DNA from: Eledone cirrhosa
Lineage: Eukaryota
Reading direction: 5' to 3'
DNA length: 64,000 nucleotides
Assembly (NCBI GenBank): GCA_964016885.1
Contig: OZ024741.1
Span: 81,716,001-81,780,000 of the forward strand
A model generated the notes under the pieces. The model was not told the DNA's origin. It made no database searches and saw nothing but the letters and a program-made list of their open reading frames with translations. The translations under genes and the position numbers were made by a program. Below, in pieces: positions 39,704 through 53,297 of this stretch (position 1 is its first letter; each line of letters opens with the position of its first letter).

Positions 39704-42700
39704 TGATTTCTTTATTAATCACAAGGGTTTACATAAAGTAGACATTAAGGACAGTGCAGAACAATACAGGACGTTACTAATGGGCATTTCTGCGTGTAAA
39801 AAACAAAAACAGAGGATGTAACAAAAAAATAACAATGAAAAATTCCCCACTAATCCTCTATAGAACGCCAAGATGGAGTTTCCACCGATCACATTGCCCG
39901 ATTGGTCGAGGGCTGTGAGCGCCTGAAGACATTACAGTCTCCAAGCGCTCCCTCTCGGTCTTCGCTTGACCCAGGACTGCAGCTCAGTCAAGGAGACGAG
40001 CTGGGAAAGACGCGTCTAGCAAACGGCGACCACACCTGATCACCGTCGAGGAAGAGGTGGAGATGTTGTAGCCTCAGCGCATGTCTGCGCATCATCTGTC
40101 ACGGCATTCCCAGCCCTCTACGTAGAGAGTGTTGACAGCAGATGGACCGCCTGACCATCGGAGCGCGTCCCTTCCACAAAAAGCGAAAGAGCAAACGCTC
40201 CAGCGCAGTCAGGCGGGGCTTAGGAAAAGGTACGACGTTTAGGCGGTAGTAGATGACGGACGCGATATACGCGTTAGCCATCTCCGCTCGACCTTTCGAG
40301 GATAGCTTCCTCTCGGCCCATTTCTGGGTGAGAGAAGCCACCCTGCTCGTCACCTCGTCCCAGTTTTTGTCCGTCTGGAGTTCCGGACCGAACCAGACCC
40401 CTAGCAATTTAACCGGTCCATCCGTCCAGCGCCCGACGACGCTGTTGGACGGCATGGACCTGCCTCTCCAGGTGCCGAGCTGCAGGCCCACTGACTTTTC
40501 TTGCTTGATCATTGCTCCTGTCACCGCTTCGTATTCTCTTAGTGTAGTGCCGATCGCCTCGATGTCTTTGGCGTTCGACACCACTATGGTGACATCGTCC
40601 GCATATGTTGACACGGATCTTCTGCATCCTAGTTCGCGCGGGACGCCCCTAAACGTCTCCAGTTTGTGCAGTAATGGCTCGAGAGTCAATACGTACAAGA
40701 GGGACGAGAGGGGACATCCTTTGCGGACCGAGCGCATGATGTTGAACGGTTCCGAAAGGTGACCGTTCACTCTCACCACAGAGCAGATGTCGCTGTGCAT
40801 GGCAGCGATCCAGCCTCTGAAGACGAGCCCAAAGCCAGCCGCCCTCAGGACTGCCGTTAGGTAACGATGGTCGTCCCTATCGAAAGCTTTCGACTGATCT
40901 AAATTGATCAAGGACCCACCCGTGCCAGGTTCCCTAGCTACCCTCTCTACGATGTATCGCATGAGGTGGAGGTTGTCGTGGATGGATCTGTCGGGAATGG
41001 CGCATGTCTGCGCCTCTCCCACCAGACCACCAACGACAAGCGCCAACCTCTTTGCTAGCACCTTGGCCAAAATCTTGAACTCTGTTCAGCAGAGTTATGG
41101 GCCTAAAATTATTTATGTTATCCCTCTTGTTCCGATCCTTTCTCAGCAGCGCCACATCTCCTCGGCTCATAGAGCTGGGAATACTCCCGTTCTGTTGCCA
41201 GTTGCAGTAGATGTCCGCCAAGAGGCCTCCGAACAAGTCTAGCATCTGTACGTAATGTTCATAGGGCAGACCATCCAAACCAGGCGATTTACCCCTTGTG
41301 CAGCTAGTCATTGCCTCCCATACTTCAGCGGCAGTCCGTCGAGGTAGACACTAAAATCGATCCTTCGATCCGGCCCGCCGCTGCCCCCGAACAGCTGAGC
41401 GAAGTGTCGCTGAAAAGCTTCACACATTTGCCGGGATCGAGTAGCATACGCCCGTCGTGGTCCACCAAAGACCGGATCGTGACTTTGTTGCCACGACGCG
41501 CCTCCGCCACTCGGGCCCATTGAACAGCTTTTGTCCCCTCGTGTCTGAGAGCACGCACCCTAGCTCTGACAACGCAGCCTTCGTGCTTTGCATTGAAGAA
41601 TTGGTCAAGGGCCAATTTCGCCGCAAGTACGTCGGTCGCGATGCCTTTGCTAAGCGCCTCGTCTAATTTTCTAACTAATTCTCCCTCTGCTCTATTTTTC
41701 TCTATTGCTAAAACGTTACTAAACCTAATAGACTCTATTCTAATTGCTCTTTTCAGAGCAAACCACCACTTGTTGTTGATGATGGCCTCCGTCAACGCCC
41801 GCTTAACTAGTTCGCTAATCCAGTCTCTGTAGGCCTTGCGCGTTGGTAAGGGCGCGTTTAGCTTCCAGTAGCCGGGTCCTCGTCTATGAAGCCTACCTAA
41901 GTCAAGCACACCGATCACGAATTTGTGGTCCGTGTAGCTGACTATCTTGAATTGTGGACAGCCTATGCTAGACCTATCTATTTCCCTACAAAATACTCTA
42001 TCTAGATATGATCTGGATGACCCTATGCGATTTGTCCAGGTCCACATTGGCACATTCGGGAAATCCAATCGGTACCTGTCAGACAGTTCAAAACCCCTGA
42101 GCAGGTTGGCAAGGCTCTTGCACCCTCCTCCCCTATCCGCTAATCCCACATAGTCCCAGCGTGCATCTAAGATCCCGTTCCAGTCGCCCACTAACACTAA
42201 AGAGCGGGACGTTCCAAGAAAGTTCTCCAGACGCCGGAAGAAATCAGGCCGCCCTGCTCCTGTCGGGGCATAGACGGCCACTAGCCTGAAAGCTTGCCCG
42301 TCTCCGCTGGTCACGTATAGCACCACCAACTTACCTTCTGGGTCCAGGAAGATGGCCCGTATGGCGAGATCCAAACCTCTCCGAAAAAGCACAGCAACTC
42401 CTCCCCCGATCCCGGACGGCTGGGAGATGCGTACACATCGTAGCCGCCGAGGATCGGTGCGAAGGCCCGTGCCTCGGAGATTCTGGTCTCGCTGATGGCC
42501 ATTACATCTATGTTTAGTGACCTGAGGTCGTTTAGCAGGTGGCCCTGCTTCCATGACGACCCCAAGCCACGCGCATTTAAGCTGCCTATTCTGAGTGAGG
42601 TCATGTTGAAATAGAGTGGAAAAGATGGGAAAGACCACTTACCTTATTTCTCGTAGAGGAAGGATGGTTTGTCCATCCTTTTCACTGCTTCTGGCCTCCT

Positions 42701-44750
42701 CCGGAAGGATGTCCTTATAAATCCTCCTGGAGAGTGTTTGTCGGAAGTCTCCGATGTCTTTGAGGAATTTTTGTTTTAGTGTCGTGTAGGTTTTCTGTGT
42801 GATGCGAGTGATTTGTATGTGTGGAGGTGGTTTGAACTTTTGGGTTGTTGTATAGTTTTTTTCTGTGATGCTGGTGTTGTGTTGGATGTAGTGTAATAAT
42901 TGCTTGTTGTTCAAATTTAATGCTGTGTAGTGTGTATCGTTTTGGTTGTTTTGCTTTGTTTGCGTTTGTTGTGGGTTTGTTTCTGTTACGCTTTTTGGTG
43001 ACTTTTGTGGTGTTGGTGATGGTGGTGTTGGGGTTAATGATGGTGATAGTGTTGGTGTTTGTGGTGATGGGGTTGGTGATGCTGGTGTGGATGGTGGCAT
43101 ATCTGTCCTAACTTTTTTGTTTGATAATTTATTTGTTTCCCTCTCTATTTTGTTTTTGGAGGGGGAAGGAAGATAATTTTTTCTTTTTTGGTTTCTTTTT
43201 TTTTTCCGGATATCGTTTCCCACTCCTCGTCGTCACAATCTGTCTCCAGTTGCGATAAGCCGGGGAGTGGAAAAATCTTCCACAGGCATTGGTTTTGGTT
43301 GTGGCGTGGTGGATGGTGTAGGCGCTGGTGCTAGTTCTGGCGCGTTGGGTGGTGGTGGTGTTGGTTTTGCTACTGTTGCTGGGGTTGTTGCTGTTACAGT
43401 TGCTTTTGTTGTTGCTGCTACAGTTGTTGCTGCCATTTCTGCTGCTGGTGGTGTTGATGGTTGAGTCACTGGGGTGGGTAAGAGAGGTGGCCTCAACCTT
43501 TTAGCATGAGGGCAGAAAGCCCTTAGGTGGGTTCCTTCACCACAAACGACACACCTAGGCCTTCTGCCCTCGACGATTATGGTGAGGTGGCTGCCGTCAG
43601 TGAGGTCTATTACCTCTGGGATCTCCTCAATGCTTTTTTGGTCCGCTTGGATCAGGAGCTCCATCCCAGATCCTGACCAATTCTCCTGCTTTTCTTTCGC
43701 TATTTCGATTACCTTGGTGTTGGCCTCGATGCCGGCGAGAACGGCAGCCATTAGCCAGGGAATTTCGATGGCCGGTGGAACGTGGGTCACCCTGTTCTTC
43801 ACAAGTCTCTGGCCACAATAGCTTGGGACGAGTGTGAAGTCGTCACTTTCTAATGGGGCCATGGAGTGTTCTCTGGCCTATTGTGGTGTTTAAAAAACAC
43901 GTCCACGGTTCCATATTTCTGCCCACGTCTGATGTGGTTTTTTTTTGCCCACACATGTCCCAAAGCTTTTTGGATTTGGGACTTGGATGCCCGTTCCACT
44001 CGGCGCGATGTTATGTTAATTGTCCGATAAGACACGGTGCATAGGCGACGATGCTCCATTTTATTAGGTGGCAGGGGGTGAGGGTGAGGATGACCCTGTA
44101 CCCATCTTTCTTTACCATTTCTTTGGCTTCTTCGCACGTTTTTGCTACTCTGGCAAAACTCAGGGTAGTTTTCTTAATTACATTGTTGCTGTTGTTGTTA
44201 TCGTTAATTTTGTTATTGTTAATTTTAGTTTCAGTTGTGGTAGTGGTGGCGTCAGTGGTGTTCGGTGTGGAAGAGTTCATTTTGGTTGAATTCATTTCGA
44301 TATCACGAGTTAATTTATTTTTTCTTTTGTTTCTCTTGTCGCTGTGGTGGTGGTGGGGTGGCGGCTTTAACACCTGCAGTAATTGGTAATGGCGGAAAAT
44401 GAACGTCTGCCTGAGACAAATTTAAAATATTGCTACTGCTTACATTTCCAGTGCTGGCAAACGTAGCAATATTTACAATGGTGGTGTCGGTGTGAGGTGT
44501 TAGTTTGTGAGGAACGAGTGACTCTGACACATCCATGATTTTTCAAAGAAAAACTTTTGTTTGATAATTATAAAAAGTTTAAATTTTGGGGTCAAGGCTC
44601 CAATATTTTTGAGTGTCCTTTTCAGAAAGCAATGTATGTGCACTTATATACAGTTAACAATAACATTTTTCCATAAATGGCAATTTTAAACAACTGAAAA
44701 TAACAAACCTTTGCGGAGCTCACGTTGATACGATTTACTACGTAGGTCCC
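39704..44750 (-). mobile_element. L1/Tx1-clade element, copy C (same family as B), frameshifted, with a 3' internal deletion
   Basis: Collinear with copy B and retains RKGCPLS/TYADD. At about 39850 the 3' UTR joins directly to the thumb region. Confidence 0.92.
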
Positions 44751-44803
<53 letters not shown>

Positions 44804-44805
44804 TA

Positions 44806-45060
44806 ATAATGGTTTTATTTATTGGCCACAAGGGCTGACATAGGGTACAATACAATAGACGGGGACAGTGGGTGTTTTACACAAAAATCGAGTAAAAATA
44901 GGAAAACAATAACAATAAAGAAGAAAAATACAATAATGATTTCTTTATTAACCACAAGGGTTTACATAAAGAATACAATAATGAAAATTCCTCAATAGCA
45001 GGGATAACCACCCAGGTTGACTCAGGTATACCATCAATCCTAAACCACCCGACGTTATTA
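44806..45060 (-). mobile_element. Two very short 3'-end fragments of Tx1 A-type and B/C-type elements
   Basis: TTATTGGCCACAAGGGCTGACAT matches the A 3' end. TTTCTTTATTAACCACAAGGGTTTACATAAAG matches the B/C 3' end. Confidence 0.8.
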
Positions 45061-45299
45061 GTAATGATAACACCAACAACAACATGATTACTCTTTCTCA
45101 AAGAAATAATGGATTGGCATCCGGCGGTGTGCAGCCTTATCTCATGGGCAGGAGGATCTCTTTAATCTTATCAGATAATCATACTAGAGCGAGTATCTCA
45201 AACAAAGTGATATCGTGGGGTAGATAGTGCTCTAGTTGGAGACAAACGCGTAGTGAAGGCAACCTATCTAGAAAAAGGAAAACTCCAAAATCAGATCAC

Positions 45300-46640
45300 G
45301 TATAATAAAACATATTAGGTTAATGTCTGACGCGGGTTAATTCACCTCGGCATTTAAGCAGGGAAGGCAATCTATCTTGAGATGATATATCAATAAAACT
45401 ATTCGTAGAAAAGAAAACCCTCACAAACCACTCTAACATGATGCAAAACAATAATGAGGCTGGAACCAATTTCCCCGGCAGTTTTGGAGCCCTTCTTACA
45501 AACATACACATCATACAAAAATAGCACTATTAGGCGCCACTCATATAACGAAGTGATCTGACCTCGGCAGGCTGTTATCAAGTAAGAGGTCACATAAAAT
45601 GAGCGCGCAACTAAACTGAGGTGGACGAAGGCAAAGTATACTATTCTCATTGAATGTCATGTCAAACAAAGAGAGGTTAGGGTAGAAACACATAGATAAA
45701 TGTAGAAACAGACAAAAACATAACAGATACGATTGAGGCTAAAGATCGAAACTTGGGAAATCTTAAAATCAAGGAAGCAATTATCATTAGCAAACTCACA
45801 CCATACATCAACAGTTGATAAGAATTTAACACGCAATTCCTAATTTAACCAACCACACACACCACCGACTAATTAGACCTCAGCACACATCATATAAACA
45901 AAACACAAAATATAAAACACATCTAACACGTAAAGCACAACACACTGACAAGCTACAATATACCCATTACATATACCCATTGTAAAATTATAACACATTT
46001 ATGTATGTTTGGCACAGTGTCTATCAGAATTTATATCAACACACAACACAAACAGAACACTAAACACACAACACATTAAAGCATGAAAACACACAGCACA
46101 CCAACGGCAAGCCACATCCCAGCACAAGACACCTGTTTGCCTATTGGAACTTAATGCACAACACCGCCTCTGGCTGGTAAGTGTATGACATACATATATG
46201 CCTGCATGTGTGCAGGTCTACGCATATATTGTTCCTTGATTTGTATAGTGGTGTGTTTGTGTGTGCATGTATGTATGCAAGAACTATAACACACACAAAA
46301 TATGCTTTGCATACCAACACAATTCCTATATTTGTGCCAGACACATTAATAATACATAAATAAATATATAAAATAAGTAAATTAACAAATACAATATTAA
46401 ATTCAAAAACGGAAAAATACACGAACACGCATGCACACACAAAGACGTTAACTTCTCACACCTCCTACTACGACTTCTGGCTAGTAACGGCATAAACAGA
46501 AAAAAAATGGCACATACAAACTAAAACGTTTTCTCTATTTTCCAAGGGTTTCGACTTCAGATGAGATTTTATCTCAAAAATTAAGGTCGCATTTAAATGT
46601 AAAACAGAACAGCGTTGTTACCTTCTTTTATCTTAATTTG
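45300..46640 (+). mobile_element. Highly decayed Penelope-like element 3' fragment (GIY-YIG tail and UTR)
   Basis: About 45725-45815 reads TIEAKDRNLGNLKIKEAIIISKLTPYINS. Decayed HHR-like CTGACAA-GCTACAAT...ATTGTA-AAA at about 45946-45990. Confidence 0.5.
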
Positions 46641-47053
46641 CACCACAACTTATGCATTGTTGCAGCCTTCTATTTACATACATACTTAAACTTAACGCAC
46701 AATGCTTCAAGCAAACCAGAGAACTCTCTTATATATATATATATATTAGCTTCGTACGGACGTACAATAGCACACACACACGCAAACACACACACACACA
46801 CGCACAAACACACGCACACCCACCCACACACAGACACACACACACATACACACACACACACACACAAGTATAGCTCTTTTTCCAAAACGTTTTTTTTTTT
46901 CCATTTCAGGTTGATGCGCTACATTATCCACTTTTCTAAAAAATATATCATACACAAAACGCCAGCATCAACAGTTTTCCAAGAGATGTCAACATGAATG
47001 GACCTGTTATTTTTTATCGCCCGTTCCTTCAATCTATCTTATTTCTCATTCTT

Positions 47054-47089
47054 TCTTCTGATGAAGGACTAGCGTCCGAAACGTTAAGA
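47054..47089 (+). ncRNA. Minimal type I hammerhead ribozyme motif
   Basis: TCTT-CTGATGA-A-GGAC(TAGC)GTCC-GAA-ACGT-T-AAGA. Confidence 0.7.
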
Positions 47090-47207
47090 CCCTCTTCCTG
47101 CTATTTCAAGCGTTAACCCAATATCTTCCTTCCATATACTGTACCGATTGTGTTGTTATTTCTGTTTACCTTTTACATACATTTATATATATATATATAT
47201 ATATATA

Positions 47208-47354
<147 letters not shown>

Positions 47355-47519
47355 GTATATATGTATGTGTGTGTGTGTATGTGTGTGTATATATACATAT
47401 ATATAGGTATGTGTAGGTCTGTTTCTGTGAATGTATTTGTATGTAAGCTTGTATGTGTACGTGCGTGGGTATATAATAACTGTGCCAGTGTTTATTTATT
47501 TTCTAATAACTTGAGAGAT

Positions 47520-47652
47520 CGATTGATTTTCTAAATCGACATTCTCGGTAAAAGAAATAAGCACTGGCGTCAATATAAACGAGTAAATCCTTTAATGGTG
47601 GTGCCCCAGCACGGCCGCAGTCCATTGACAGAAAGCACTAATAGAATAAAAG
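47520..47652 (+). mobile_element. SINE 3' tail fragment (third tail type)
   Basis: GGTGCCCCAGCACGGCCGCAGTCCATTGACAGAAAG...AATAAAAGAA, recognised from memory as an octopus SINE-like tail. Confidence 0.5.
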
Positions 47653-47775
47653 AACGTCAAGAGACTTAGTTTGTCTGGTTTGCATTAAGGAAAGAGACTA
47701 TACATGTATATGTATATATATATGTGTGTATATATATATACATATACATTTATATATATAGATATATATATATAT

Positions 47776-47900
<125 letters not shown>

Positions 47901-48048
47901 TATTTATATATATATGTATATATATATATATATATATAGATATATATATATATACACACATATATATATATATACATATTTATATATATATATATATATA
48001 TATACATTTACATATATATACATATATAAATGTATATATGTGTATATA

Positions 48049-48191
<143 letters not shown>

Positions 48192-48543
48192 TTATCAGCA
48201 AAAACAAAAGCTACTTGTTTTAATACTTATTTATTCAGGCAATGGTTTGTGTAGAGAATTTAACAACTAATAAAACTTTCTACCATTCAATAGCAGTTGA
48301 AAATAGTTGCTTCATAGTCAGCTTACATGTACATGGATATGTATAAACACACGCACACAAACACACACACACTCACACACACACTGACACACACACACGC
48401 ACGCACACACGCACCTCACACGTACACACACACGCGCGCGCACACACACACGCGCGCGCACACATATATATATACGCGCACACACATATATGTGTCTATA
48501 TATACACATACACACACACACAAATATATATATATATATATAC

Positions 48544-48634
<91 letters not shown>

Positions 48635-49018
48635 ACGAAGGAATTGTGGTAAGGAACCAGATGGACCATAACGCCGTCGAAACGGCTTAAGCTCTGCCGT
48701 CGGGGTCATACTTGTTCCTATATATATATACATGTAGATATGTTGGTAGAAATCCGTCGATGTAAGATCAATGAAAACAGTGCTCGATCTGTTGGAAGAG
48801 AGCTTATTTAGTGTAAACAAAGTTTCATACACTTAATATGTCTGTGGTACTGATGGTTTCGGTGTCCAGTCATGGCGACTACTATATAATGGAGGAGACA
48901 CGTTTAAACTGGCGCTTCATTCAGGTATGTGTGTGGACGAAAATATTGGTAACACATACATGTTAAGTGTATAAAACTTTGTTTACATACATACACATAT
49001 ATATATATATATATACAT

Positions 49019-49052
<34 letters not shown>

Positions 49053-49249
49053 GTATACACACACACGCACGCACACACACATATATATATATATCAAGTA
49101 AGAATATTTTCGAAACAGCGAGTGGATTTGAAATTATTAGAAATGTTAGCTATCGCCGTATTTTGACTAAAGAAATTAAAGAAATTATTTAGCCTGATAG
49201 TGGGGTTAAGAACCCTCGGAGAAATGGAAAAAGATGAGTATTGACATAC

Positions 49250-49303
<54 letters not shown>

Positions 49304-49441
49304 TAATAATAAAAACAACGATTTGTCATGTCTTCATTGCGTTTGTGTAGTGACGCGCATTTCGCTATTGATCACCTCAAGGTTCGATCTGAAATCAAAA
49401 GCTTGTCGGACTCCTGTTGTGGTAATGACAGAATAAATGAG

Positions 49442-49486
<45 letters not shown>

Positions 49487-49702
49487 ATTAATATAAGCCA
49501 GGATGTTTATGCTATACTATTGAAACTGTCGAGTCAAACTATCTGGTAAATAGTTCTCTTGTTTACGCATTCATTCCTGATATACATAATCAAAACCTTA
49601 TCTACTTCCACACACACACAAACACACACACACACAAACACACACACACATACACACATACACACATACACATATATATATATATATACATACATATATA
49701 TA

Positions 49703-49885
49703 TATAAGGAAAAAAGTAGAAATCGAAAATGCAACTGTAGTCTTTTTAAGAATATTTATTTGTTTCCTTTACCGGTTTCACAGTTCTTATGCTTTTCATA
49801 AGAACTGTGAAACCGGTAAAGGAAATAAATAAATATTCTTAAAAAGACTCCAGCTGCATTTTCGATTTCATTTTTTTTCCTTATA
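49703..49885. repeat. Fold-back palindrome (~90-bp arms, 5-nt loop)
   Basis: ...TTTACCGGTTTCACAGTTCTTATG-CTTTT-CATAAGAACTGTGAAACCGGTAAA... Confidence 0.95.
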
Positions 49886-49927
49886 CTTTCACTCGTGTAG
49901 GACATCTCTTTTTCTTATATATATATA

Positions 49928-50537
49928 TGTGTGGTTACATACAGACTAGCTGACACTCACTGTAAAGTGTCTAGTGAAAAGCTGAGTACATGTACATATG
50001 TATACATGTGTGTATTTATATGCTTACTAATACTTCCGTATACATATGTAGATGTACACTTTAACTTAATTGTTTAAGCGTCAGTCATACAAAAGTGAGT
50101 TAGAAGCGAAACGAAATTTAATTTCGTTTCGTTATTTGTTTTTATCGTTTCCGCTGAACCGGTGCGTACAATGACTCACGTTCTATGCAAATTAGTCTAC
50201 CCACTACTAATTTTCATAGAAAAAGCATATAACGATATGTGCTTTTACAATTCTCCAGAGAAGCCGGAAGATGGGTAAATATTGCTGATGAGATGTAATA
50301 ACATCGAAACTAGTCCAATATTCCTGTCTGGCCCTCTGAAGAATAGAGGAAATGTGTTTCCTTGAAAACCCGTATGACTCTAAAACCCGGTCCGTCTGTG
50401 TGGTTACATACAGACTAGCTGACACTTACTGTAAAGTGTCTAGTGAAAAGCTGAGTACATGTACATATGTATACATGTGTGTATTTATATGCATACTAAT
50501 ACTTCCGTATACATATGTAGATGTACACTTTAACTTA
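49928..50537 (+). mobile_element. Retrozyme-like partial tandem: 469-bp monomer with 141-bp terminal redundancy
   Basis: Direct repeats at 49928-50068 and 50397-50537 with few mismatches. Internal HHR, no recognisable protein, (TA)n on both sides. Confidence 0.8.
50278..50322 (+). ncRNA. Canonical minimal type I hammerhead ribozyme
   Basis: AATATTG-CTGATGA-GATGT(AATA)ACATC-GAAA-CTAG-TC-CAATATT: 7-bp stem I, 5-bp stem II, palindromic loop III, GUC site at 50313-50315. Confidence 0.88.
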
Positions 50538-50633
50538 TATATATATATATATTTGGAAAATATTTACTGTAGAGTGCTTCCAATCTACTGTAAAACTCAT
50601 TCTTTGATGTACTCATTGAATCTTGTTTAACTC

Positions 50634-50720
<87 letters not shown>

Positions 50721-50984
50721 ATATATATATTATATATATATATATTTTTTTTTAGGGTAAATATTGATGCAATTCAATTCAAGCACTCAACGTACTTTCC
50801 CACGTAGAAGTAACGGATTATATTTAGAATAGGAAAATGGGAAGTACCAAAGATGCCGTCTGATGTGATAATTGCACTGGGTAAGCGGAATTGCGTTGGT
50901 GACTGTCGTCATTGAAATATGTAACACGATTTTATCAATAAACGATTTTAACACCTGAACTACTTCGTATTTTATAATTCTATT

Positions 50985-51027
<43 letters not shown>

Positions 51028-51429
51028 TTATATATATATGTATATATATATGTATGTATATATATATATATATATGTGTGTGTGTATGTGTGTAATAGTT
51101 CCAATGTGAGATTATTATCTGTGTTTCTGGATTTGACACGACGAGGAATTTACCCATGGGAAAAATACTACAAACATAATTGTTCCTTTGAAATAGAATT
51201 AGGTTAGAAGGAGATCACTATACAAAAATGTCTCGCGGCTCTCGCCGTCTGATGTCTGATCACTGTTCTACCAATTCCTAAAATAGGTGATATCTTATTT
51301 TTGTTTCCGAACGTAAAAAGTATTATAAAATTATTTTATGACGCATTTTTTCTATTTGTTGATTGTTTGTTTTTATGTTGTCGGATTTTAGTCTTACAAT
51401 ATATACACACACAGACACACTCTCTTTCT

Positions 51430-51556
<127 letters not shown>

Positions 51557-51843
51557 TTCCTCCCCCTTCTCTCCTCCTCTCTCTGACAGACACGCATTAC
51601 ACTCTGTACATTTTCTTCGTCTACCGTACTTAACTCGATTTATTCAACTACTATCTATTGTTGTCAACTGAGTTCAAATCCCGCCGAGGTTAAATTTGCC
51701 TTTCATCCTTACGAGGGCGATAAAATAAAGTACCAGTAATGCACTGGGATAATTGTCGGCCTTGTGCCAAAAGTATAAATAATTATTACAGTATCTTCAT
51801 TGTGGTAACTCTATTTTCAAATTTCGAATTTTCCAATGCTTTT

Positions 51844-52307
<464 letters not shown>

Positions 52308-52338
52308 TAATAACTTGTGTGTTACACCTCTATTCTTT

Positions 52339-52614
<276 letters not shown>

Positions 52615-52870
52615 ATGTATATATACACACAATCAGCTCCTGATTATTACTGGAATTCTATAAGAATCCAGCTTCTATAATTTTCGGCAAAGGTAGATGA
52701 GTGCGTGGCTTTGATAAACGCCGAGCAGTGAGAAACAGCTGTCAGCCATTCTCCCAGCCTTTGCCGAAAATATAAGTAAGTGAGATATTCACTACTTTAA
52801 AGCTGATAGCGAATGGTCGTCTAAACGTTTTAATTAAACATACGGTATATTGCCAAATATAGTATATATA

Positions 52871-52955
<85 letters not shown>

Positions 52956-52976
52956 TTATATATATATATATATGTA

Positions 52977-53047
<71 letters not shown>

Positions 53048-53071
53048 GTATATGTATATATATATATATAC

Positions 53072-53179
<108 letters not shown>

Positions 53180-53211
53180 GTATATGTATATATATATATA
53201 TACATATATAT

Positions 53212-53294
<83 letters not shown>

Positions 53295-53297
<3 letters not shown>

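Noticed and set aside
50325-50365. Second HHR (CTGAAGA...GAAA) next to the canonical one
   Set aside because: No stem II or stem I pairing. It is better explained as a CCTCT/AGAGG hairpin.
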